Shown: piece after piece, positions 20,390 to 30,560 of the stretch | Layout: every line of letters starts with the position of its first letter | How positions within the stretch are numbered: position 1 is the first letter of the stretch | Assembly (NCBI GenBank): GCA_019721075.1 | Contig: JAHEAD010000012.1 | Coordinates: forward strand, 1-64,000 | DNA length: 64,000 nt | Reading direction: 5' to 3' | Source: Candidatus Sysuiplasma jiujiangense | GTDB taxonomy: Archaea; Thermoplasmatota; Thermoplasmata; Sysuiplasmatales; Sysuiplasmataceae | The notes under the pieces: generated by a model | What the model saw: only the letters and a program-made list of their open reading frames with translations | Database searches by the model: none | Told to the model about the DNA's origin: nothing | Program-made: the position numbers and the translations under genes

Positions 20390-22810
20390 TTGATGGGGCA
20401 TTACACCGAAAATCCGTACTCGAACAAATTTGCCAAGTCAATAAAGAGATGGCTCTTCACGACGAATCACAAGGACGTGGGTATCCTTTATCTCATTACT
20501 TCCCTCGCGTTTTTCTTTGTGGGAGGTTCGTTCGCCCTGCTGATGAGAACACAGCTCTATTACCCGAACAACACATTTCTCAATGCATATTACTACAATC
20601 AGCTCGTGACTTCGCATGGACTGATAATGGTTTTCTGGTTCATCAGTGCCTTTGCTTTCGCTTTTGCCAATTATATTGTCCCCATACAGATTGGAGCAAA
20701 GGACATGGCTTTTCCACGACTGAACGCACTGAGCTACTGGCTCTACCTCTTTTCAGGCATACTGTTTCTTTCGGGCTTCTTCATGCCTGGCGGAACCATT
20801 GCAGGCGGGTGGACAATATACCAGCCGCTGAACCAGCTGAAATATTCTCCTCAGCTGGGCGAGGATGCCGCACTTTTCGGCCTTCTTCTTTTAAGCGTTT
20901 CTGTGATAGTGAGCACGATCAATTTTGCAGTCACCATCACCATGAAAAGGGCCAAGGGCTACGGCTGGCTCGATCTGCCCATGTTCACAATTTCAATCAT
21001 GTTCACCATAATGATGATGTGGATGGCTTTTCCCGTATTCGCCACCGACATCGTGCTGCTGTTGATAAGCAGGACGGTTGGAGGCAGCATACTGCTGTCC
21101 GAGGCTGGCGGTGCCCTCCTGTGGCAGCATCTGTTCTGGTTTTTCGGGCATCCTGAGGTGTACATAGTATTCCTGCCGGCGCTTGGAATCATGTACGATG
21201 TCTCAAGCGTTTTTTCAGGTATGCCGATTTATACAAAGAAAGTGATGATTGCGACCTTCGCAGCTGAAACGCTGCTCAGTCTTACTGTCTATATGCATCA
21301 CATGTTCATGACTGGAACGAATCTGTTCTGGCTTGACGTATCCAGCGTAAACACGCTTACAATCGGCATACCGGCGGGCGTGCTCGTCCTCGGTGAACTG
21401 ACGACCAAGATCGACGGTACATTTCGCCCTGAAACGCCTGCACTCTTCACAGTCGGGGGGGTTATAGCATTCATCATCGGTGGGGCGACAGGCGTTTTCC
21501 TGTCATCCATAACGCTTGATTCCGGATTCAATGGAGGGTACTGGGTAATTGCGCATTTCCACTACATATTTGTCGGGACAATACTCTTCGGCATTTATTC
21601 CGGACTGTATTACTGGTTTCCCAAAATGTTCGGCAGGATGTACAGCGAGAAACTGGGGAAAATACATTTCGTCACGTCATTCATAGGACTGAATCTCCTC
21701 TATTTTCCCATGTTTGCCCTGTACAGCATGCCGCGAAGGTACTACACATATCCCGCGGGCCTTGGCTTTACCCTCCCTAATCAGCTCGCAACCATTGGCA
21801 GTTATCTTTTTGGCTTTGCGCAACTGATACTTGTGGTAAACTTAATATATTCATACAGGCACGGCGCCGTCGCCGGCGAGAATCCGTGGAATTCCTGGTC
21901 ATACGAATGGCTGATCCCTTCACCGCCCCCTGAATTCAACTTTGAGGGGGGAACAAGGGTAAATGACGGCAGGCTGATGATACTTCCGCCTGAGCCAGGG
22001 GTTAAAGAGGTTCATACCGGGAGTCACCTGAGCCCGTGGCCTATAACACTGTCGCTCGGTGCCACCCTTTCGTTTCTCGGCCTCACGCTAGCAATCGGTG
22101 GTTTCGGGAATATTGTCTTAGCAGCAGGTCTTATGATTTTTACCATAGCCGTTTTCGGCTGGATGATAGACGACTATTATGACGCATTTCCTGTTGTTGA
22201 GAAGGACGGAAGCAGGGATAAGGAGACATGGCCGTTCAGCGGAATGGACAGCAGAAGAATGGGAATGTGGGTATTCATTACAGGCGATTTTTTTGTGTTC
22301 ATGACACTCTTAACATCGACGATGTTTCTGAATCTTCAGATATCATTTTTCCACCTCGACCCGCCGTCTCCTGTAGAAAGCGCTTCAAATTTTGCAATTG
22401 CGGCTGCAGTTCTTATTGCGAGTATTTTCAGCATGTATGCTGCGGTATGGGGGGCAAGAAACAAGAAGAGAGATACAGTGCTGATGGGGCTCATCATGAC
22501 ACTGATATTTGCACTGATTTATGTCGGCACGGTGATGATGGACTGGGGGCAGCTGGCTTCAATAGGGGATGGCTTTGGTGCCATGGCTGCCAGCCCGTTA
22601 CTTTCCGCGTTCTACAGCGCCGACTTTATACACTTGGCACACATAGTCGCTGCAATCGCGCTGCTCATTTACTTTTCAATAAAGGCAGTAAGCAGCCACT
22701 TCTACAGGACTGACGGTACAGCTCATTCAAGCCTTGCCTCATTCTTCTATTTCTGGGTCCTTATTGCATTGATGGGCATTGTGTTCACAGGAGTTTTCGC
22801 AATGGTATGA
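20390..22810 (+). CDS. Haem-copper oxidase type A1, fused subunit I+III (SoxM-like), copy 1
   Basis: TNHKD, DMAFPRLN, GHPEVY, HHMF, HFHY, MPRRY; C-terminal subunit-III-like helices. Confidence 0.95.
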   Translation: MMGHYTENPYSNKFAKSIKRWLFTTNHKDVGILYLITSLAFFFVGGSFALLMRTQLYYPNNTFLNAYYYNQLVTSHGLIMVFWFISAFAFAFANYIVPIQIGAKDMAFPRLNALSYWLYLFSGILFLSGFFMPGGTIAGGWTIYQPLNQLKYSPQLGEDAALFGLLLLSVSVIVSTINFAVTITMKRAKGYGWLDLPMFTISIMFTIMMMWMAFPVFATDIVLLLISRTVGGSILLSEAGGALLWQHLFWFFGHPEVYIVFLPALGIMYDVSSVFSGMPIYTKKVMIATFAAETLLSLTVYMHHMFMTGTNLFWLDVSSVNTLTIGIPAGVLVLGELTTKIDGTFRPETPALFTVGGVIAFIIGGATGVFLSSITLDSGFNGGYWVIAHFHYIFVGTILFGIYSGLYYWFPKMFGRMYSEKLGKIHFVTSFIGLNLLYFPMFALYSMPRRYYTYPAGLGFTLPNQLATIGSYLFGFAQLILVVNLIYSYRHGAVAGENPWNSWSYEWLIPSPPPEFNFEGGTRVNDGRLMILPPEPGVKEVHTGSHLSPWPITLSLGATLSFLGLTLAIGGFGNIVLAAGLMIFTIAVFGWMIDDYYDAFPVVEKDGSRDKETWPFSGMDSRRMGMWVFITGDFFVFMTLLTSTMFLNLQISFFHLDPPSPVESASNFAIAAAVLIASIFSMYAAVWGARNKKRDTVLMGLIMTLIFALIYVGTVMMDWGQLASIGDGFGAMAASPLLSAFYSADFIHLAHIVAAIALLIYFSIKAVSSHFYRTDGTAHSSLASFFYFWVLIALMGIVFTGVFAMV

Positions 22811-22821
22811 GGTGAAATTAA

Positions 22822-22986
22822 TTGAGCAGCCAGGAGACAAATGAAGGAACGGCAGACAACGGAGATGAAAGGAAGGATGAACCATTTGTCGTTACAGACA
22901 ACCTGGTGATATTCCTGCTTATACTGTTTACTCTCATGATAAGCGCGTGGTGGCTTTTGAACATGTACATGGGAAGATGGATTTGA
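22822..22986 (+). CDS. Unannotated 54-aa single-TM protein, probable small oxidase subunit
   Basis: TTG start 6 nt after GAGGTGA; MSSQETNEGTADNGDERKDEPFVVTDNLVIFLLILFTLMISAWWLLNMYMGRWI; fills the gap between subunit I and II genes. Confidence 0.7.
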   Translation: MSSQETNEGTADNGDERKDEPFVVTDNLVIFLLILFTLMISAWWLLNMYMGRWI

Positions 22987-23006
22987 ACTGAAAAGGGACG
23001 ATTGAA

Positions 23007-23678
23007 ATGATAACGGAACAGATGATGCTGTCGTCGGGTGTATCGGTTACTTCGAATGTCTGGTATTCCATATTTTATCTCTACATGACTGTTGCAATCA
23101 TTGCCAGCGCTTTCTTCATAGGCTGGATAATATACCTGGTCATTTCCACCAGAGAGAGACCAAGCAGGCATACACCCAGCCAGATACACCCCGGCATCAT
23201 TCCATCGTCCACCAGAGGAAGGCCGAGAAATGTTGCATTTCTCATCTTATTCCTGATTGTCGTCTTTTTCGGGCTTTGGATATACCAGCTTCCGACTACA
23301 AACTTCATAAAACAGGCTCCCCAGAATGCAAAGAATGAGCTTGTAATTGATGTCTATGGACAGCAGTGGTTCTGGAGCTTCAGGTACCCCAACGGCTACA
23401 ATGTGTCAAAATATGCAACCTTTCCGACAAATACAACCATCCTTTTCAGAGTTACCAGCCTTGATGTGATGCATGAATTTTCAGTGCCTGCATTCGAGAT
23501 AAAAATAGATGCGTTTCCGGGTGTCTGGAACATCGCATGGACAAAGGTTTACCAGACAGGCAACTATACAGCATTCTGCACGGAACTCTGCGGTCTCGGA
23601 CATGCCACGATGTGGGCCAAACTCAATTTCGTCAGTCCGTCACAGTATCAGGCCTGGATTGCCGCCCACAATCCCTGA
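23007..23678 (+). CDS. coxB: Haem-copper oxidase subunit II (CuA), copy 1
   Basis: QWFWSFRY, DVMH, CTELCGLGHATM; two TM helices. Confidence 0.95.
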   Translation: MITEQMMLSSGVSVTSNVWYSIFYLYMTVAIIASAFFIGWIIYLVISTRERPSRHTPSQIHPGIIPSSTRGRPRNVAFLILFLIVVFFGLWIYQLPTTNFIKQAPQNAKNELVIDVYGQQWFWSFRYPNGYNVSKYATFPTNTTILFRVTSLDVMHEFSVPAFEIKIDAFPGVWNIAWTKVYQTGNYTAFCTELCGLGHATMWAKLNFVSPSQYQAWIAAHNP

Positions 23679-23757
23679 CCATGACGGATGCGATTGGATG
23701 CATGACAAGAAAACGGACTGATGAAAACACCGAACCCCGGGAAATACATTACGCCGG

Positions 23758-24330
23758 TTAGCGCAGAGTTCGGCGATCAGCCAGTAGTTTCCTCCAGCTG
23801 AGCAGGAGAAGGTAGAGTATTGCCGAATCAAATGTGAACGTGATATAGCCGTAGTCACCGGCAAGCACTGACAGGTATTCAAGAAAAGAGGATCTGTAGG
23901 CCAATTCCACGAACATGACGCCGAGGGTGCTGAGGGGGGAGAGAAACATGACAGCAGTAAGAAGAAGTATCCATAGAGCTGGATTCTTCCAGAGAATGAC
24001 GTTGTTTTCCGGGACATCCGGTTTCAGGGCATTCCAGGCCGCCTGTGTGTCCTTGACCACAAGCGTTGTAATGAGCACTGAGAAAAAAGTATTTCCAAAC
24101 AGCAGCATGAGTATGATGTGGCCGGTGGGAAACCATTCAATGCCGGAGTTATATACGGAAACAGGATTGTTAGCGTGAAAGAAAAAGAACGGATTCGGAG
24201 TCCCGGTCTGTTTAAGCAGAGGATAAACGCTAATCCTGTAGTAGAATATCATATTGTTTGATTCTGCAAAAAGCAGCCAGTACACAATGCCCAGTAGAAG
24301 TGTCAGTGCTGCGCTAACATATCTGCCCAC
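23758..24330 (-). CDS. Hypothetical membrane protein
   Basis: About 4 hydrophobic segments; lies between coxB and ctaB. Confidence 0.65.
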   Translation of the reverse strand: MGRYVSAALTLLLGIVYWLLFAESNNMIFYYRISVYPLLKQTGTPNPFFFFHANNPVSVYNSGIEWFPTGHIILMLLFGNTFFSVLITTLVVKDTQAAWNALKPDVPENNVILWKNPALWILLLTAVMFLSPLSTLGVMFVELAYRSSFLEYLSVLAGDYGYITFTFDSAILYLLLLSWRKLLADRRTLR

Positions 24331-24509
24331 TTTTATTTCACGAAGGCAACATAAGTCTACTTGACTTATTCTTTACCGCAATGGACGGAAAAACGGATTA
24401 TTAATAGTGCAGCAGAGAACACTTACCACTTCGGGCGAAGTAGAAGGTTCCAGAGAGTATTTTAGTAAGTTGCAAATAGAGCGAACTCACGGGAAAAATA
24501 TCAGACTAC

Positions 24510-25367
24510 GTGGATCTGCTGAAGTTCAGGCTTATAACAGCAGAAATCATGCTTGCATCGGCCAGTCTTATTCTGGCGGCCGGGCCCTCATTGCAGCTGA
24601 CAAAACTGCTGTACCTGATAGTTTTCGGTTACATGGGACTTGGCGGTTCTGCGGCCATAAACTCCTATCTTGACAGGGACATAGATGCGATAATGCCCAG
24701 GACTGCAGACAGACCCATACCATCAGGCAGGATAAGACCACGGAATGCCCTTACATTCGGCATTTCGCTGATAACACTCGCAATTGTACTCACATCGCTA
24801 CTGCTAAACCCGCTCACTGCGGCAATTGTCGGAATAGGCTCATTCCTGTACATCGTATTCTACTCCATCTATCTTAAGCGACGGACTTCCATGGCTGTCG
24901 TATGGGGGGGACTTGCCGGCGCGATTCCTGCACTCGGTGGCTGGTCCGTCTATACGGAAAGCTACTGGATCATACCAATACTGATATTTCTTGTCGTCTT
25001 TTTCTGGCAACCTTCTCACTTCTGGAATCTTTCCATATATTATCGCGATGACTATATAGCGGCAAAAATCCCGGTCGGACCAGCAGTAAAAGAACAGTCC
25101 GTGATCACCGCCCGGTCACTGGCATTCAACATTGCCACTGTCTCTTTCACCTATCTGCTATATTTTGTTTCACATCTTTCAGTCGAATTTTTTGCAACAA
25201 TAACAGTGATGAATGCATTTCTGCTTTATTTTTCAGTCAAAGGCATAGGTAACAACAGGAAAGAATTCTACAGGATTTCGTTCTTTTTCTCCGTGACGTA
25301 TATCTTCATTTTCATCATTGCACTGGCGATATCCGGCATAATCCTGCCTCACAGCTATATTAACTGA
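24510..25367 (+). CDS. ctaB: Protoheme IX farnesyltransferase (haem O synthase)
   Basis: N-x-x-x-DRDID-x-x-M-x-RT-x-x-RPIPSG, LKRRT, GG-x-AGA-x-P, FWQPSHFW, Y-x-DDY. Confidence 0.95.
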   Translation: MDLLKFRLITAEIMLASASLILAAGPSLQLTKLLYLIVFGYMGLGGSAAINSYLDRDIDAIMPRTADRPIPSGRIRPRNALTFGISLITLAIVLTSLLLNPLTAAIVGIGSFLYIVFYSIYLKRRTSMAVVWGGLAGAIPALGGWSVYTESYWIIPILIFLVVFFWQPSHFWNLSIYYRDDYIAAKIPVGPAVKEQSVITARSLAFNIATVSFTYLLYFVSHLSVEFFATITVMNAFLLYFSVKGIGNNRKEFYRISFFFSVTYIFIFIIALAISGIILPHSYIN

Positions 25368-25455
25368 TTTTTCAGTCAAGGCAGGTGTTGGGTTCATGAT
25401 TGAAAAACAGGTTACCGCCCGCAGGAGTTAAACAACGGAACGAATAGAGGGAGAA

Positions 25456-27126
25456 TCAGGTCTTTTGACCCTGGCTCTTGGACAATTTAAACAGTGCATC
25501 TGACACGTCGGTCAGAGTGTGACCATGGCGGAAAGCGGCTATCAGTAACCCGATGAGTCGCACGTCGACCGAGCCGCAGTCGGATATTGCATCCAGAAAT
25601 TTGTCGTGCCTGACCACATGTTTCGCGCGCGTGATATCATTTGCACTGGTTCCGGTAGGAGTGTAAAACTGCTTTGACCCGGTTTTAGCTTTTAGATGCT
25701 TCCCGCGCCTATGGGCAGCAAGAATATTCCGTTCAACAACCAGTTTTTCACCGGAGGATAACATATCCCTCAACTTTTCCGAGTTCTTCCGCACCGCCGA
25801 ATACACGTCACCGGTTTCAACTGCAGTCTCAAAACTTCCCAAGTCCTGGAACTTCACCAGATAGGAACGTGCTGTTTTTTCAATATCGTTTGTCATGGAT
25901 TCCACATAATAGGAGCCGCCTAGTGGATCTATGGTGTCCGTGACGCTGCACTCATTCGCGATTATTCGATGCATCATCAGGCCGCTAAGGATGTTCCTGC
26001 CTGCGGTATCGGTATAAGGTGTTCCTGCCCCGACAGCTATCCCCTGCGCCCCTCCAAGAACAGCCGCCATCGCCTGAATTGTTGAGCGCACCGAATTGAT
26101 TTCGGTGTCCGAATCGGTGAGGAGTGATTTCAGGGGCCTTGCAATGAAACGGAATCGCAGCAGATCGTCATCCAGACCCGGGAATTGTGAACGGACTGAA
26201 CTGTACCAGAGCCTCCGTGCCGCTCTGAACTTTGCAACCTCAAGTGGGAGATCCATTCCGGCACCTAGAACAAATGACAGCCTTTTGAGCAGTTCAGAAA
26301 CATCTATGCCCGCGTTGTCCGCATGCTTCAGATAAGTGAGTGCAGATGCAACCACGAATGCAATCTCCTGCGCTTCACTTGAGCCTGATTCCCTCAGATT
26401 ATAACCACTGATAGTCAATGGTGAAAAATCTGGTGCCTCATTCAGCAGATATTCAATAAGGGAAAGAGACATCCTGACTGAGAAATCTAACGGGAATCGC
26501 AGTCTACTGCTGCCGAACAGCGACGGAGCCTCAAATGCGTTGTTCTCTACAAAGCCTTTCATCTTACCAAGGCCTTTCCGTCCGGACAGCAAATATGACA
26601 TATACATTGCCATTACCTGCGGTGCGGAATAGCCTGAATGAAAGCCTATTTTGCAGTTCGGACTCCTGACAGAATTGAGAAGATACCTGAAATCGCCTGC
26701 GGTTCGAATACGCAGGCCCGCGTAGTCCTCCCCGGTCCATTCAAACAGGGCAGGGCGTGTGGTTGCTGCATCCATCACAGGATCAAACGATAGCGAAAAC
26801 GATGTCATACCGTTTGAGGCTAGTGTACCTATCTCTTTGCGCGCCCCCTCAAGATCCGGCGATTCGACGCACAAGAACAACTCCCATTCTTCTGTCCGAA
26901 ACATTTCCGGTGTTATTCCGCGAAGATAAGGAGGCTGGCCCGGGAATGAGGCATCCCTCAGATAGTCGATATTCTCTGCATCTTCCTGACTGTAATATGG
27001 CTTAGCCCTGGGGGATGCCTTATCCGGCATTTCAGGCATTTTTGAATGTTTTACTTTTTTCATATAAACGCCGGAAGCACGTTTCACAGAAAACATAATG
27101 AAGCTCAGGGTTGAAATACTTTTCAA
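25456..27126 (-). CDS. Methylmalonyl-CoA mutase large-subunit paralogue, degenerate active site
   Basis: FPGQPPYLRG, EVAKFRAARRLW, DPLGGSYYVE retained; RQY and GYH motifs altered. Start may be later (MKKVKH). Confidence 0.85.
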   Translation of the reverse strand: MKSISTLSFIMFSVKRASGVYMKKVKHSKMPEMPDKASPRAKPYYSQEDAENIDYLRDASFPGQPPYLRGITPEMFRTEEWELFLCVESPDLEGARKEIGTLASNGMTSFSLSFDPVMDAATTRPALFEWTGEDYAGLRIRTAGDFRYLLNSVRSPNCKIGFHSGYSAPQVMAMYMSYLLSGRKGLGKMKGFVENNAFEAPSLFGSSRLRFPLDFSVRMSLSLIEYLLNEAPDFSPLTISGYNLRESGSSEAQEIAFVVASALTYLKHADNAGIDVSELLKRLSFVLGAGMDLPLEVAKFRAARRLWYSSVRSQFPGLDDDLLRFRFIARPLKSLLTDSDTEINSVRSTIQAMAAVLGGAQGIAVGAGTPYTDTAGRNILSGLMMHRIIANECSVTDTIDPLGGSYYVESMTNDIEKTARSYLVKFQDLGSFETAVETGDVYSAVRKNSEKLRDMLSSGEKLVVERNILAAHRRGKHLKAKTGSKQFYTPTGTSANDITRAKHVVRHDKFLDAISDCGSVDVRLIGLLIAAFRHGHTLTDVSDALFKLSKSQGQKT

Positions 27127-27204
27127 GCTGCCAGATGAATGAGTATCTGCACAATACGCTCATCAAGACTGCCAATGCAATGCAAACGCCTAAAGCCGAT
27201 CGCG

Positions 27205-27292
27205 TGGTGCGAGGGCTCGGATTTGAACCGAGGAACTCCTTCGAGAACAGATCTTGAGTCTGCCGCCTTTGGCCATACTTGGCTACCCTCGC
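27205..27292 (-). tRNA. tRNA-Leu(CAA), CCA encoded, no intron
   Basis: GCGAGGG/CCCTCGC acceptor stem, anticodon arm GCAGA-CTCAAGA-TCTGT, long variable arm, GGTTCAAATCC T-arm, 3' ACCA. Confidence 0.97.
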
Positions 27293-27767
27293 GCTGAGCG
27301 CCCCTATTCGTTTCGTGTTTTTAAGCGTTGCATGACGGATGTTCAAGCCAATCACCTCCCATTTTAGCGGGAGACATGTAACACTAATTCAAAAGTTCGG
27401 AGGTCGACAGCAAAGTTATCCGTTGTTTGCATGTTGGCATCGGACTGCGGAGGTGGGACATGCCCCCGTCTGTAATGTTTTGCGCAGCACGGGGTCTTCA
27501 CTGAGACAGAAACACTGGAGTCGCCAATGAGCGATGCGTTACAGTTTCGCTCCCTGGACACTGCAGCGTGGACCTTCCCGGCCGCACTGGCAGGTTTCCT
27601 TTCATTGTTTACCTGCAGACTGTTTCAAATATACATCTCAGCAGAGATTCCGGTCTGGTGAGGCTACAGTCGCAAAAGAAGCGGTCTCCTTCCTCCAATC
27701 GGCATGCTGTGTAATTTCCGCAAGAAAGTGGGATGTGGCTCAGCATGATCGAACCATGAAAATGATA

Positions 27768-28118
27768 TCAGTAATTTGGCGTAAGGCCTGATATCCTTAT
27801 TCGGCCGAAAGGACCCGAATCCAGGTTTATTCGATCCCTGTTCTTCTGCGCCGAACTGTAAATCCTCTTATCGATATAGACTCTGACTCCGCTGCTGACT
27901 TCTACAGTTACAGTGCCCTGCGGGGGGTCATTGCCAGTCATGAAAAAAACTTTGAGTTTGCGGATAGGCTGGCACCAGTTATCTCTGCACGGTCCCTGAA
28001 CCAGCTTCAGCAAAACAACCACTGGAACTGACTTGCCGTATTTTGCTTTCATCAAAGTCAGTAACCTTTCACTAAGTTCTACAACAGGGAATTCAGTCTC
28101 CTGTCCGCCGGATTTCAT
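27768..28118 (-). CDS. Hypothetical protein with CxxxxC motif, translationally coupled to copA
   Basis: ATGA overlap with the copA stop; CRDNWC. Confidence 0.7.
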   Translation of the reverse strand: MKSGGQETEFPVVELSERLLTLMKAKYGKSVPVVVLLKLVQGPCRDNWCQPIRKLKVFFMTGNDPPQGTVTVEVSSGVRVYIDKRIYSSAQKNRDRINLDSGPFGRIRISGLTPNY

Positions 28119-30235
28119 GCTGGTACCCCCGCTCCAGCCACATACATTCTTCCGGCAGGATTGAATCGGCGCAGCAGGATTGAATTGGAAACTACCGTTG
28201 TACTGCTGAATGCCATTGCGACCGCTGCAGCAATCGGCAGATAAGTGTACATACCAAGACCGAAGAAGGGAACCAAAACGCCTCCTGCAATCGGAATCAG
28301 AACGGTGTTATAGGCAAATGCCCAGAACAGATTCTGTTTTATCTTTGAAAATGTCTTTCTCCCAAGCCGCAAAGCAACGAGAACATCTCTGGGATCTCCC
28401 TTCATCAGCACAATTCCGCCTGTAGCCTTCGCAACGTCGGTTCCGGTACCAATCGCTATGCCGAGGTCTGCAGCAGCCAGGGAAGGCGCATCGTTCACAC
28501 CGTCTCCGACCATGGCAACTATATGGCCGTCTTTTTGAAGGTCTCTGACAATCCGTTCCTTACCCTCTGGTTTAACGTTGGCAAAGAAGCGTTTTATACC
28601 GATCTCCTTTGCGACTTTTTCCGCTGTTGATGTGTTGTCGCCGGTGACCATTACTGCCTCGACCCCAATCTCAGACATCGATTTTATCAGTTCCATAGTT
28701 CCCGGCCTGATTCTGTCTTCCAGAGAAACGGCACCCAGGACCTTCTTTCCGGCTCCAAGCATTATGACAGTCCTCCCTTCTTGTTCCTCCGATTCGATGG
28801 CATTTTCATTGATCGGAGCGACTGCAGCATTCTGAAGCTTTAACATGTCTCTGTTTCCGGCCCAGTAAAGTACACCGTCCAGCCTTCCACGCAAACCGTA
28901 TCCTGGTATCGCCTCAAATTCTGCAACGGTGGCCTGTACAGGCGATATGCGTCTCGACCCTGCATAATCGACTACGGCCCTGCCTACAGGATGTTCAGAA
29001 GATCTTTCAAGTGCCGCAAGAATGCCGATCACTTTTTCTTCACTTTCCTCATTGAGTGACAGAACACTGGAAACAGATGGTCTGCCCTCAGTGAGTGTAC
29101 CTGTCTTATCGAATACAACAGTATCTACCTTTCTTGACATCTCCAGGGAATCCCCGCCCTTGTAGAGTATTCCGTTCTCGGCGCCCTTACCGGCTCCCAC
29201 CATCAGGGCAGCAGGAGTGGCAATTCCAAGAGAGCAGGGACACGCTATGATTATGACAGAAACAAACGCGAGAACAGCCACTGTTACACCAGCGTTTCCA
29301 ATGAAATACCATGATAACGAGGATATTACAGCCGCAACGGCTACAATGGGAACAAAATATGATGAAACCCTGTCCGCTATCCGCTGAATCGACGCTTTTC
29401 CTTCCCTGGCTTCGGTTACAAGTTCGACTATTTTTGCCAATGCGCTGTCGGAACCGACAGTTGTCGCTTTTTCCACAAAAGTACCAACAGTGTTGATAGT
29501 TCCTCCAACGACGGCGATGCCCGGCCTTATAACCACTGGTATGCTTTCTCCCGTTACCATTGACTGATCAACTTCACTTGACCCTTCAACCACAATCCCG
29601 TCGACAGGAATGCTTTCGCCCGGCCTGACTATTATGTTATCGCCGCTCTGTACCTCTTCGACGGGCGTCGGAATTTCCTGTCCGCCGCGTATTACTCTCG
29701 CAATTCTTGGCTGAAGATCAAGAAGTCTCCTAGTGGCCTCAGAAGCTTTGTCCTTCATCATTTCCTCCATCAGACTCCCTGTCCTGATCAGCGCGATTAT
29801 GAGGGCTGACGTGTCGAAGTATACAACCAGTGATGATGCAAAAGGATTCATCAGGACCAGATACAGGCTGTAAAAAAATGCAACTGTGGTCCCTAAAGCA
29901 ATGAGAGTATCCATGTTGGATGATCTGCTCTTAATTGCATCAGAGAATCCTCTGTAGAACTTCAGCCCCGGGACGAACTGGACGATACCCGCCATGACCG
30001 CTATTGCAATGAATACGCCCGAAAAATGGACAAAATAGCTCATCACGAAAATGGGAATGCCTAGTCCCCAGCTTAAACCTGTAAGGATTCTATTCTTTTT
30101 CCAACTTTTAGCGGGCGCATCGAATTGCTCTTTGCAGTCCGTGCTGCAGAAGTAATAAGAACGATCACCGACAATACTCTTCAGTTTAGCAGTATTCTCG
30201 TCAACATACATGCCACAAACTGGATCTTTTGCCAT
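28115..30235 (-). CDS. copA: P1B-1 Cu(I)-exporting ATPase with N-terminal YHS/TRASH domain
   Basis: DPVCGM...YFCS, TGES, CPC, DKTGT, SEHP, GDGVND, YN, MAFSS. Confidence 0.96.
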   Translation of the reverse strand: MAKDPVCGMYVDENTAKLKSIVGDRSYYFCSTDCKEQFDAPAKSWKKNRILTGLSWGLGIPIFVMSYFVHFSGVFIAIAVMAGIVQFVPGLKFYRGFSDAIKSRSSNMDTLIALGTTVAFFYSLYLVLMNPFASSLVVYFDTSALIIALIRTGSLMEEMMKDKASEATRRLLDLQPRIARVIRGGQEIPTPVEEVQSGDNIIVRPGESIPVDGIVVEGSSEVDQSMVTGESIPVVIRPGIAVVGGTINTVGTFVEKATTVGSDSALAKIVELVTEAREGKASIQRIADRVSSYFVPIVAVAAVISSLSWYFIGNAGVTVAVLAFVSVIIIACPCSLGIATPAALMVGAGKGAENGILYKGGDSLEMSRKVDTVVFDKTGTLTEGRPSVSSVLSLNEESEEKVIGILAALERSSEHPVGRAVVDYAGSRRISPVQATVAEFEAIPGYGLRGRLDGVLYWAGNRDMLKLQNAAVAPINENAIESEEQEGRTVIMLGAGKKVLGAVSLEDRIRPGTMELIKSMSEIGVEAVMVTGDNTSTAEKVAKEIGIKRFFANVKPEGKERIVRDLQKDGHIVAMVGDGVNDAPSLAAADLGIAIGTGTDVAKATGGIVLMKGDPRDVLVALRLGRKTFSKIKQNLFWAFAYNTVLIPIAGGVLVPFFGLGMYTYLPIAAAVAMAFSSTTVVSNSILLRRFNPAGRMYVAGAGVPA

Positions 30236-30261
30236 TCAGATATACCGCAACTAAACTGAGC

Positions 30262-30408
30262 TCAGTCTCTGACGAATTTGACAGGATTGGCATCGAAGGA
30301 TCTTTTGCAGCTGTCAGAACAGAAGTAATACTTCCTGCCCTTGTATTCGGAACTGAACTTCGCGTTCTTTTCATCGACGCCCATGTTGCAGACTACGTCC
30401 TTTACCAT
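30262..30408 (-). CDS. Stand-alone YHS/TRASH metallochaperone (48 aa; absent from the ORF track)
   Basis: MVKDVVCNMGVDEKNAKFSSEYKGRKYYFCSDSCKRSFDANPVKFVRD, preceded by GGTGA. Confidence 0.9.
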   Translation of the reverse strand: MVKDVVCNMGVDEKNAKFSSEYKGRKYYFCSDSCKRSFDANPVKFVRD

Positions 30409-30560
30409 TTTCATCACCGCTTTATTGAGATACCTTCCAATATATTAGATATTTCATTTAAGATTGTTAAGATATTACCTCAATCTGCGGATTATTGCTA
30501 GAAAAATCTGCGATTTACGCAAAAATTATATCTACCACTCCGTAATACTCAGATAATATA

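Noticed and set aside
27205..27292. tRNA-Leu as an integration site for an island
   Set aside because: No integrase and no duplicated tRNA 3' end noticed in the window.
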